DNA from: an uncultured Chloroflexia bacterium
GTDB taxonomy: Bacteria; Chloroflexota; Limnocylindria; Limnocylindrales; CSP1-4
Assembly: GCA_963713975.1 (NCBI GenBank)
Contig: OY970218.1
Location: 2,432,001 to 2,496,000 of the forward strand
Reading direction: 5' to 3'
DNA length: 64,000 nucleotides
Part shown: positions 20,582-31,372 of the stretch, one piece after another
How positions within the stretch are numbered: position 1 is the first letter of the stretch
How the letters are laid out: every line of letters starts with the position of its first letter
Program-made: the position numbers and the translations under genes
The notes under the pieces: generated by a model
The model's database searches: none
The model's input: only the letters and a program-made list of their open reading frames with translations
What the model was told of the DNA's origin: nothing

Positions 20582-21514
20582 TCACCCGTTCAGCTGTTCC
20601 AGGACCTCGCCGATCCGGTCGATCGTCTCGAGGTCGTAGGGCGCCGGGGTGTCGATGAAGACGTGCCGGAACCCGAGCTCGATGATCGGCTGCAGCCCGT
20701 CCGCGATCTCGGCAGGCGTGCCGCAGAAGTAGTTCCAGGTCTCGTCGAACTCGTCGCCGTAGGCGGCGAGGCGGCCCTTGTAGACCCCGAGCGCGGCCTC
20801 GCGGCTGTTGCGGATGACGATGTCCACGGTCGTGGTGCGCTCGATCTCGGCCTCGTCGCGGCCGATGGCGGCGCAGTGCTCGCGCAGGATGGCGTCGTTC
20901 GCGGCCAGCTTCTCCGGGCGACCCATCGAGTTCCACTGGTCGCCGTACCGGGCCAGCGTCCGCAGCGTCTTCTTGGGCCCGGAGCCGCCGATCATGATCG
21001 GCAGGCGGGCCTGGATGGGCAGCGGGGCTACCAGGGCATCCCGCATCGGGTAGACCGGGCCGTCGTGGGTCACGCGCTCGCCGTCGAGGAGCCGGCGGAG
21101 CAGCATCACCGACTCGTCCAGGCGGTCCAGCCGCTCGCCGAAGCCAGACCCGAAGTCGAACCCGAAGGCCTCGTGCTCGCGCTCGAACCAGGCACCGCCG
21201 ATGCCCAGGACCGCGCGGCCGCCGGACAGGTGGTCGAGCGTCGTCGCGAGCTTGGCCGTGAGGCCCGGGTTGCGGAACGTGTTGGCCGCGACCATCAGGC
21301 CCAGGGTGGCCTTCTCCGTGACCTGCGCCCAGCCCGACAGGATCGACCAGCCCTCGAGGATCGGGCCCTCCCACGGGCCGGCGATGGCGTTGAGGTGGTC
21401 CCAGGTCCACAGGCTGGACGCACCCGCCTGCTCCGCGCGGACGGCCGCGTCGCGGAGGGCCGGCCAGGAGTCGGTCTGGGGCCAGAGCAGGAACCCGATC
21501 TTGACGTCGGTCAT
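20582..21514 (-). CDS. LLM-class flavin/F420-dependent oxidoreductase
   Basis: LWTWDHL, NTFRNP, TLDHLSGGRAVLGIGGAW and IMIGGSGPKKTL motifs. Confidence 0.9.
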   Translation of the reverse strand: MTDVKIGFLLWPQTDSWPALRDAAVRAEQAGASSLWTWDHLNAIAGPWEGPILEGWSILSGWAQVTEKATLGLMVAANTFRNPGLTAKLATTLDHLSGGRAVLGIGGAWFEREHEAFGFDFGSGFGERLDRLDESVMLLRRLLDGERVTHDGPVYPMRDALVAPLPIQARLPIMIGGSGPKKTLRTLARYGDQWNSMGRPEKLAANDAILREHCAAIGRDEAEIERTTTVDIVIRNSREAALGVYKGRLAAYGDEFDETWNYFCGTPAEIADGLQPIIELGFRHVFIDTPAPYDLETIDRIGEVLEQLNG

Positions 21515-21517
21515 GGG

Positions 21518-21949
21518 TCAGTCCTCCAGGTGGTCGTGGACGCCCGTGATCCTGACGAGGAACGAGACGCGGGGCTGGCGGCGGAAGGTGGCGATCAGGG
21601 ACTCGCTGGGGCCTTCGGGGTGGTAGCGGTGGGCGAGCGCGACGATGTCCTCGCGGGCGCGCTCGACGTCCTCGATGACCTCGTCCACGGTCCCGGTCAG
21701 CCCGATCCAGCGATAGCCGTCCCCGCCGTCAATGATGGACAGCGCGACGCGCGGGCGCTCCATGAGATTGAGGCACCAGCGGCGCGGGGTCCGGCTGTTG
21801 ACCAGGATTCGCCCATCGGGCTCCAGTCGGTACCAGGCGACGGCCTGCCGGGGCGTGCCGTCGGGGTCGAGGGAGGCGACCGACGCGAACAGGGGGCGTT
21901 CCAGGAACGCGCGGACGGCAGGGGAAAGCGTGACGCTGTTGGGGTGCAT
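21518..21949 (-). CDS. PPOX-class (split beta-barrel) F420-dependent oxidoreductase
   Basis: ASVASLDPDGTP...VAWY...NL..RPRVALSI pattern. Confidence 0.85.
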   Translation of the reverse strand: MHPNSVTLSPAVRAFLERPLFASVASLDPDGTPRQAVAWYRLEPDGRILVNSRTPRRWCLNLMERPRVALSIIDGGDGYRWIGLTGTVDEVIEDVERAREDIVALAHRYHPEGPSESLIATFRRQPRVSFLVRITGVHDHLED

Positions 21950-22031
21950 CTGCCCATGGTACCGATGAGGAGGGGGCGCTCAGGGGTCTGCTTCGCGCCC
22001 GGCCCCGCTCTCGCAGCCGGCCCCGGCGTGG

Positions 22032-22406
22032 CTACGGGTTGGGCGTCGCCTGCGGGCAGCCTTCCCACGAGCGGGCGCAGTCGTCGGGTGTCCCGCCGGG
22101 GCCGCCGGCCGCGGAGTCACCGGTACCCCAGGAGCCCACGGCGGCGACGGTGCCCAGCGCGAGGCCGGCGATCAGCAGCGTGGCACCCAGGGCGCCGAGG
22201 GTGCGTGACCGGCCCGCAGCCCTCGTGGCACCGGCGGGCTTGGCGGCCGGCTGCGGTTCCGGGTCGCCAGCCGGCTCGATCCCCTCGAGCTCGCGGTGCA
22301 CCAGCCCCCGCTGGACGGCATACACGACCAGCAGGACGATGCCGGCCACGATGGCGATGAGCGCGGCGACGCCGGCAGGGCTCCAGCCGGCGAAGAGGTC
22401 GGACAT
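22032..22406 (-). CDS. Small membrane protein, two TM helices, C-terminal Cys pair
   Basis: Two hydrophobic stretches; GGGAG SD; typical GC3 bias; no family recognised. Confidence 0.6.
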   Translation of the reverse strand: MSDLFAGWSPAGVAALIAIVAGIVLLVVYAVQRGLVHRELEGIEPAGDPEPQPAAKPAGATRAAGRSRTLGALGATLLIAGLALGTVAAVGSWGTGDSAAGGPGGTPDDCARSWEGCPQATPNP

Positions 22407-22788
22407 CAGACGGGGCTCCCGAGGCATGACGACGTGGGACGGATCCAGCGCGGAGCCTACTCCCGCAGCTCCGCAGCCGCCATGAAATCGTTGGTGCCAC
22501 GCGGCGGAGCCTCTGAATGGTCCGCTGCAACTCCGCCGCGTCCGCCGGGTGGGTGAACCGTGCGGCGTCGACTAGGCCTGCCCCCGATTCCGCGGACACC
22601 GGGTGATGTCACACGGCCCCTCGGCGCCCGGGATGAGACGCGACTGCGCGGTTCGACCGTCGGGTGCGCGCCGGCGACCAGGGCCCCACCCTGCAGGCAG
22701 TCGACCAGGGCCGGCGACCGACCACGCCCCGAGGTCTCGAGCGACCCGTGCGAGAATGCCCGCGGCAACTTCGATGAAGGAGGAACGC

Positions 22789-23637
22789 GTGGCGGACCAG
22801 GCGGAGATCGGCGTCTTCGGGGGATCGGGGTTCTACTCCCTGCTGGAGAACGTCCAGGAGGCGAAGATCGACACCCCGTATGGGCCGCCGTCGGACAGCT
22901 TCTTCCTGGCCACGGTCGCCGGGCGCAAGGTCGCCTTCCTGCCGCGTCACGGCCGCAGCCACTCGATCCCGCCGCATCGCGTCAACTACCGTGCGAACGT
23001 GTGGGCGATGCGCTCGCTGGGTGTCAAGGCCGTGATCAGCCCCTGCGCCGCCGGTTCCCTGCAGCTCAACGTCGAGCCCGGGCACTTCGTGGTCAGCGAC
23101 CAGTTCGTGGACCGCACGAACGGCCGGGCGGACACCTTCTTCGACGGCCCCGTGGTCTCCCACGTGTCCTCGGCCGAGATCTACGACCCGGTCCTGCGGG
23201 GGATCGCCCTGGACGTGATCCGCGACCATGGCATCACCGTCCACGATGGCGGGACGGTGGTCGTGATCCAGGGCCCGCGGTTCTCGACGAAGGCCGAGTC
23301 GAAGTGGTTCAGCGATGCCGGCTGGGAGGTCATCAACATGACCCAGTACCCGGAGGCGTACCTGTGCCGCGAGCTGGGCATGGCCGTCGTCAACATCGCC
23401 CTGATCACCGACTACGACGCGGGCGTCCTCGAGGGCACCCATGCCGTCACGGCCCATGACGTCCTGGCGGTGTTCGAACAGAACGCCGAGCGGATCCGCA
23501 AGGTGGTCCTGGACATGGTCGCCCGGTTCCCGGCGGACCTCGATGCGCTCGGCGCGAAGGCGGCCCTGGGGCCCACTCGCGGTGACGGCCACGTGGCCGG
23601 TCCCGCCGACATCCGCATCTTCGAGACGGGCCTCTAG
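22789..23637 (+). CDS. mtnP: S-methyl-5'-thioadenosine phosphorylase
   Basis: IGVFGGSG, FLPRHG, VNYRAN, GPRFSTKAES, INMT..PE and ITDYD motifs; AAGGAGG SD before GTG 22789. Confidence 0.92.
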   Translation: MADQAEIGVFGGSGFYSLLENVQEAKIDTPYGPPSDSFFLATVAGRKVAFLPRHGRSHSIPPHRVNYRANVWAMRSLGVKAVISPCAAGSLQLNVEPGHFVVSDQFVDRTNGRADTFFDGPVVSHVSSAEIYDPVLRGIALDVIRDHGITVHDGGTVVVIQGPRFSTKAESKWFSDAGWEVINMTQYPEAYLCRELGMAVVNIALITDYDAGVLEGTHAVTAHDVLAVFEQNAERIRKVVLDMVARFPADLDALGAKAALGPTRGDGHVAGPADIRIFETGL

Positions 23638-23646
23638 GCCTTCTCG

Positions 23647-24123
23647 ATGACGATGCCGGTTGCCGAACCCGCCGCCACGGGACCGATGCACGGCTGCGTG
23701 CGCTGCGGTGCCCGCATCCCGATCGCCGAGTCGATGTGCGAGCGGTGCAACCCATTGGGCCTCAAGGCACCCGCCGCGTCGCAGGCCCACGCGACGGTGT
23801 TCCTGGGGATCGGGGTGGGCGTGGTGATCATGGCCGTCGTCGCCCGGATGCTGATCGCGGACGTGGGCCCGTTCTCGTCGTCGGTGGCGAGCGTGACCGC
23901 CGATCCGGTCGGCCTGCGCGTGTCGGTCACGCTCGAGAACAAGGGGTCGAGTGCCGGGACCACGACGTGCCGCATCGACGACCCGGCGCTGGGCGGGATC
24001 GGCCCCGAGGCGACCTTCATCGAGAGCCCGGAGGTCCCCGGCGGCGGGACGGTCACGTTCGACGTGGTGGTGGCGGCCTTCGGGACGACGCCCAAGACGC
24101 TGATCGCGGACTGCGGCCCGTGA
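23647..24123 (+). CDS. Hypothetical: N-terminal CxxC..CxxC Zn ribbon, one TM helix, beta-rich C-terminal domain
   Basis: CVRC and CERC; hydrophobic VFLGIGVGVVIMAVVA; GTGA overlap with the next gene. Confidence 0.7.
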   Translation: MTMPVAEPAATGPMHGCVRCGARIPIAESMCERCNPLGLKAPAASQAHATVFLGIGVGVVIMAVVARMLIADVGPFSSSVASVTADPVGLRVSVTLENKGSSAGTTTCRIDDPALGGIGPEATFIESPEVPGGGTVTFDVVVAAFGTTPKTLIADCGP

Positions 24124-25040
24124 CGGGCGACGTGACGCAGTCCGGCGTGGAGCCCGCGATCCCCGCGGCGGAGTCCCGGTTCGCGGCCGATGCGATCTTC
24201 GCGCGCGATCTCGCGGAGCGCGCCGGCCTGATCCTCCTCGAGCGGTACGAGCGGGTCGAGGAGATCGACTACAAGTCCGCCCGCGACGTGGTGACCGAGG
24301 TCGACCACCTGTCCGAGGCGCTGATCCTCGCGGCGATCCGTGATCGATTCCCGCGCGACGGGATCCTGGCCGAGGAGTCCGGGGCCCATCACGGCCGTGC
24401 GGGAGCCGGCACGAAGCCGGGCGACACGAAGCCGATCGCCGCCGCGTCCGCCGATGCTGCCGCCCGGGCGCTCGCGCATGGGCGCACCTGGATCGTGGAC
24501 CCCCTCGACGGCACCGTGAACTACGCGAACGGCATCCCGTACTTCTGCGTGTCCGTGGGCCTCGTGGTGGACGGTCGGCCCGCTGCCGGCGCGGTCCACG
24601 ACCCGATGCGCATGGAGACCTTCTGGGCCGCGGCGGATGGACCCGCGATGCTGGGCAACGCCGTCGTGCACGCCTCGCGCAAGGAGCGGCTGAGCGACGG
24701 GGTGGTCTCGATGGCGCTTGGCGGTCGGGCGGTGTCGACGCGCGCGCGAGCGGTCCGGAGAGCCGTGCGGGCGTCGCGGAACACTGGTTCGGCGGCGCTG
24801 GCCCTGTCCTACGTCGCGAACGGCCGGTTCGACGCGTTCCTCCAGACCGGTGGGATGTCCGCATGGGACGTGGCCGCGGCAGGGTTGATCGCGGAGCGTG
24901 GCGGCGCGCTGGTCACAGACGCTGACGGTGGTCCGTGGTTCGACGTGGACAGGGCCACCCAGATGTTCGGGATCGTTGCCTCGCCGCCGGCACACCACGC
25001 GGAGCTGTTGCGGCTGTCGCGCGTGGGGTCGCCGGGATAG
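24120..25040 (+). CDS. suhB: Inositol monophosphatase family protein
   Basis: VTEVD, AEES, WIVDPLDGTVNY and WDVAAAGLI motifs. Confidence 0.9.
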   Translation: MTGDVTQSGVEPAIPAAESRFAADAIFARDLAERAGLILLERYERVEEIDYKSARDVVTEVDHLSEALILAAIRDRFPRDGILAEESGAHHGRAGAGTKPGDTKPIAAASADAAARALAHGRTWIVDPLDGTVNYANGIPYFCVSVGLVVDGRPAAGAVHDPMRMETFWAAADGPAMLGNAVVHASRKERLSDGVVSMALGGRAVSTRARAVRRAVRASRNTGSAALALSYVANGRFDAFLQTGGMSAWDVAAAGLIAERGGALVTDADGGPWFDVDRATQMFGIVASPPAHHAELLRLSRVGSPG

Positions 25041-25079
25041 CCGGACCCGGTCCCGCTCGGCGCCCTTGCGACGGCAGGT

Positions 25080-25221
25080 CGCCCATCGGCTCAACCGTGG
25101 GGTGGGACCTCGCCTCAGCCGCCCAGCGGCACACTTGTTGGTTCCAGAGCCCCTGCCACTCGACGGATGTGGCGCCCAGCGGCGCAAACCTGGCCACACC
25201 CGATGGTAGAACCGCTGGGCG
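25080..25221. repeat. Symmetric ~140-bp intergenic element, copy A
   Basis: Aligns without gaps over 128 bp (25087-25214) to the reverse complement of 43156-43283; 18-bp imperfect terminal inverted repeats; four CGC-N3-GCG-type boxes at 40/53/40 spacing. Confidence 0.8.
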
Positions 25222-25306
25222 GCACACAGGGCCAGGGACGGGCGGCACACAGGGCCCAGGCTGAGGGTGCACTGGGCCAGCCGGACGGCGATTAGTTCAC
25301 GGCCGC

Positions 25307-26206
25307 TCAGCCCTCGCCCAGCCAGCGGTGCGGCCGGCCGGTGAGCCTTGTCAGGCCCCACTCGTCGCAGAAGGAGGTCCAGCGCGCCCGGTCCGCGCCT
25401 TCCCAGCGGAGCTCCTCCACGTCCACCTGGGGGATCGGCACGCCATCGGACGTCGTGCGCAGCCGGGCCAGGTCGCGAAACAGCAGCGCATCCGCCATCT
25501 GCTCGCGCAGGGTGGCAGCAAGCGCCGGGGCCCCACGAACACCCGGCACGTCCCAGTCGGCGACGCTGGGCGGGATCAATTCGAGGGTGCCGTACCTGGC
25601 GAGGACCGCGGACGCGGACTTGTCGCCCCAGCCGGGCAGGCCCGGGAACCCGTCCGCCGCGTCGCCCACGAGCGCCAGACGGTCCGCCACGCTCGACGGC
25701 GGGACACCCCACTTCGCCCTGACGCCCGCATCGTCATAAACCACGTCCCGGCGGCGGTCCCAGAGCACGACGCGCTCACCGCGCACGCACTGGGCCATGT
25801 CCTTGTCCGGGGTGCAGACGAGAATGCGGTCCACGCGTGGGTCGTCGGCGAAGCGGTCGGCGGCGGCGGCGATCGCGTCGTCGGCCTCGAACTCCACCAT
25901 GGGCCACAGGACCAGCCCCAACGCCTCGATCGCGGCTTCGGCGACCGGGAACTGGGCGAGCAGCTCGGGGGCCATGCCCTCATCGGTCTTGTAGCCCGGG
26001 TACAGGTCGTTGCGGAACGAGCGGACCACGCGGTCCGTGGCACAGCCCACGTGCGTGGCGCCCTGCTCGCGCAGCAGGAAGCACAGTTGTTCGACGAGGC
26101 CGCTGACGCCGCTCATCACGACGCCGTCGCGACCCAGCACCGGCGGGCGAGGGGAGAAGTGGGCCCGGAACAGCTCGTAGGTGGCGTCGACGAGATGGAG
26201 GCGCAT
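25307..26206 (-). CDS. Stand-alone 5'-3' exonuclease / flap endonuclease (PolA N-terminal-like)
   Basis: LHLVDAT, FRNDLYPGYK, FEADD, DKDM and H3TH ALVGDAADGFPGLPGWGDKSA motifs. Confidence 0.9.
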   Translation of the reverse strand: MRLHLVDATYELFRAHFSPRPPVLGRDGVVMSGVSGLVEQLCFLLREQGATHVGCATDRVVRSFRNDLYPGYKTDEGMAPELLAQFPVAEAAIEALGLVLWPMVEFEADDAIAAAADRFADDPRVDRILVCTPDKDMAQCVRGERVVLWDRRRDVVYDDAGVRAKWGVPPSSVADRLALVGDAADGFPGLPGWGDKSASAVLARYGTLELIPPSVADWDVPGVRGAPALAATLREQMADALLFRDLARLRTTSDGVPIPQVDVEELRWEGADRARWTSFCDEWGLTRLTGRPHRWLGEG

Positions 26207-26213
26207 CGGCCTC

Positions 26214-26762
26214 CTAGTCGGCGGAGCCGGTCTCGACCAGGCGCCGGAACCGGTGGAGGTCGGCCTGGAAGATCTCGCGCAGCACGGGGGCCTGGAGGAG
26301 CGACGCGAGGTCGGGGAGGATCGGCGGTACCAGCGTCTCATCCCAGCTCACGATCGTCGTCGTGCCGTCGGCGCCCCGCTCGAGCGTGATGACCCCACCA
26401 CCCGTGAACAGGCCCTCGTGGCGGATCGCGAAGCGCGTCGGTGGCTCGAACTCCACCACCTCCACCGGATCAGTGACCCTGATCCCGAAGATGCGCACGG
26501 TGGCCTCGCCGCGAGTGCCGACGCGCGTGGGGCCCGGCGTGGTCAGCCGGACCTCCTTCATCTCGTGCATCCACTCGGGCTGGAGCGGGATGTCCGCAAG
26601 GACGGCCCACGCCCGCTCGATGGGCGCGTCGATCACCACCATCATCCGCAGTGGCTGGGGCGGGGCGCCCCTTCGGCGGGCGGCCAGGATGCGGTCGATG
26701 ACGATGGCCTTGACGACGACGATGGCTCCGAGGGCCAGTAGGCGACGCAACACCGATCTCAC
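26214..26762 (-). CDS. SRPBCC (START/polyketide cyclase) family protein
   Basis: IDAPIERAWAVLAD...PEW, VVEFEPP pattern. Confidence 0.82.
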   Translation of the reverse strand: MRSVLRRLLALGAIVVVKAIVIDRILAARRRGAPPQPLRMMVVIDAPIERAWAVLADIPLQPEWMHEMKEVRLTTPGPTRVGTRGEATVRIFGIRVTDPVEVVEFEPPTRFAIRHEGLFTGGGVITLERGADGTTTIVSWDETLVPPILPDLASLLQAPVLREIFQADLHRFRRLVETGSAD

Positions 26763-27367
26763 GAACCGGCGTCGCTGGATTCGACGAGCGCGCCCGCGCT
26801 CCGCAGCTCGTCCAGCGCGCGATCCCCGTCGCCCTCGCTCACGTTCACGGCGGCGACGGCGTCAGCCAGCACGGTAACCGTGAAGCCGAGGCGGATCGCG
26901 TCCAGCGCAGTCGCCTTCACGCAGTAGTCCGTGGCCAGACCGGTGACGACGATCTCGTCCACGCCCGCGACCTGGAGCAGCGGCTGGAGCATCGTGGGGA
27001 CGTCGTGGCCCGACGCCGGATCACGCATCGTGAAGGCCGAGTAGCCGTCCTCGCCGTTGCTGCCCTTGCGGACGATGGGAGTGCCCTCGGGGACATCGAG
27101 CACCGGATGCAGCTCCGCGCCCCACGTCTCGGCCACGCAATGGACCGGCCACGGGCCACCGTCCCGCTCGAAGTGCGGGGTTCGGCTGGGGTGCCAGTCC
27201 TGGCTGAGGACGAGGAGGGCGCCACTGGTCCGGGCCAGCGCGGCCTCGCTGTTCACGACCGGGATGATGTCCAGCGCGCCACGCACGCTCAGGCTGCCCT
27301 TGGGATCGGCGAAGTCGTTCTGCACGTCGACGATGATGAGCGCGACACCCGGACGGTAGCGGAGCAT
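26759..27367 (-). CDS. pncA: Nicotinamidase/pyrazinamidase
   Basis: ALIIVDVQNDF, SQDWHP, WPVHCV, YSAF and GLATDYCV motifs. Confidence 0.92.
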   Translation of the reverse strand: MLRYRPGVALIIVDVQNDFADPKGSLSVRGALDIIPVVNSEAALARTSGALLVLSQDWHPSRTPHFERDGGPWPVHCVAETWGAELHPVLDVPEGTPIVRKGSNGEDGYSAFTMRDPASGHDVPTMLQPLLQVAGVDEIVVTGLATDYCVKATALDAIRLGFTVTVLADAVAAVNVSEGDGDRALDELRSAGALVESSDAGS

Positions 27368-27534
27368 GGCCCTACGCTATCGCGCCCGGGGCGGGTTCGT
27401 CGCGGTCCAAGTTCGCGCATCGCCGGGGGCATTCGGCCCGTTCGGGGCTCGAGGGCGCAGCGGCGCGCCGGGCGGCGGAGGCGCGGGCGGCGCGGCGGCG
27501 CACCCGTGACGTTCGCCGCGGCCCCGCTTTCCGG

Positions 27535-27576
27535 TGGCATACGTGCCAGATGAGTGCGCCTTGGCATGCTTCGGCC
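27535..27576 (+). promoter_or_regulatory. Palindromic operator and leaderless -10 of the HTH-nuclease gene
   Basis: TGGCATACGTGCCA palindrome at 27535-27548; CATGCT-N6-ATG. Confidence 0.5.
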
Positions 27577-28230
27577 ATGGCGAGGCGACGGGTCGCGGAC
27601 GAGCGGGGCCGACGGGCGGCCGCCGCGATCCGTGCCCGGATCGGGGTCGAGGCGCGTCAGGCTCGGGAAGGCTCCGGCGCATCGCAGGCGGCGGCGGCCC
27701 GAGAGGCGGGCATGTCCCGCTCGCAGTATGGGCGCATCGAACGCGGTGAGATCGCCAGCCTGACCGTGGAGCAGGCATGCAGGGCTGCCGCGGCGGTGGG
27801 GCTCGGCATCTCGACCTCCGTGTGGCCCGATGGCGACCCGGTGCGGGACGCCGGTCAGCAGCGACTTCGGGGTCGCCTCCGCGACGTGATGCCAGCCGCT
27901 GCCACGTGGCAGACTGAGGTCCCGATGCCCATCCCCGGCGACAAGCGGGCCTGGGACGCGGTGGCGACGCTCGGCGGGCGGCGCGCCGGCTGCGAGTGCG
28001 AGATGCGACTCACTGACATGCAGGCGGTCGAACGCCGGCTGCGGCTGAAGCTTCGCGACGGCAATGTCGACGTCCTGCTCCTGGTCGTTGCCGACACGGT
28101 CGCCAACCGCCGGGTCCTGAGGCTTCACCGCGAGGCGCTGCGGTCCTTGCTGCCGCTCGATTCGCGCGAGGTGCTCGCCGCGCTGCGCGCCGGCCGGCTC
28201 CCGGGCGCGAACGGGATCGTGATCCTCTAA
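27577..28230 (+). CDS. XRE-type HTH fused to a putative PD-(D/E)XK / Vsr-DUF559-like nuclease domain
   Basis: REGSGASQAAAAREAGMSRSQYGRIERG HTH; C-terminal WQTEVP...RAWD...CECEMRLTDMQ acidic motif; ends in TAA, which is rare in this window. Confidence 0.7.
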   Translation: MARRRVADERGRRAAAAIRARIGVEARQAREGSGASQAAAAREAGMSRSQYGRIERGEIASLTVEQACRAAAAVGLGISTSVWPDGDPVRDAGQQRLRGRLRDVMPAAATWQTEVPMPIPGDKRAWDAVATLGGRRAGCECEMRLTDMQAVERRLRLKLRDGNVDVLLLVVADTVANRRVLRLHREALRSLLPLDSREVLAALRAGRLPGANGIVIL

Positions 28231-28299
28231 GGCTTGCCGCGGTGGCGCCTGCCGGGCTGGGTGACCGGCCGGGAGCCGCTTGCGCCGTGGCCGCCGGGA

Positions 28300-28437
28300 G
28301 GACCATCTGGCGATCGTGCTCGCTGTTCGGTCCGCCGATAGCGGACAGCACGCGGTTCGGTGGCCGCCTGGTGGTGGTCCAGGTCGCGATCTGGCCACCC
28401 GGCGGACCAACCGAAGATCGCGTTCGCTGAATGGTCC
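28300..28437. repeat. 138-bp quasi-palindrome downstream of the HTH-nuclease gene
   Basis: GGACCAT/ATGGTCC, GCGA/TCGC and GGTCCGCCG/CGGCGGACC pairs all share one symmetry axis without gaps. Confidence 0.65.
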
Positions 28438-28659
28438 GCCACGCGGACGGGTCGATGGCGTCGAGTCCGCTCCAGGGCCGTGGGCAAGTCGGCACGGGCC
28501 GGCACCCGCGGCATCAGCCGCGCCGGCGCCCGCCGCGTGCCTCCGGCGCGCCGCGCGTGCCTCCGGCGCGCCGCCGCGTGCACCGCGTGCACTCGGCATC
28601 GGGGCTACCCTGTACGCCGCCCACCAGCCGCAAGGTCGCCGTCCCGCCACGGAGCCCCG

Positions 28660-31338
<2,679 letters not shown>

Positions 31339-31372
31339 CGGCAACCCGACGGGACAACGCACGACGTCCGGG

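Noticed and set aside
22430-22780. Possible SAM/SAH-type riboswitch upstream of mtnP
   Set aside because: Hairpins are present but I could not find the conserved cores of SAM-I/II/IV or SAH riboswitches.
25080-25260. Conserved blocks with variable spacers considered as a mini CRISPR array
   Set aside because: The blocks are inverted and unequal rather than tandem identical direct repeats, the spacers are only 13-19 bp, and there are no cas genes.
28533-28592. Short tandem duplication (CGCGTGCCTCCGGCGCGCCG x2) upstream of aceE, and the 12-bp repeats in galT (~505-545)
   Set aside because: Simple slippage duplications with no further structure.
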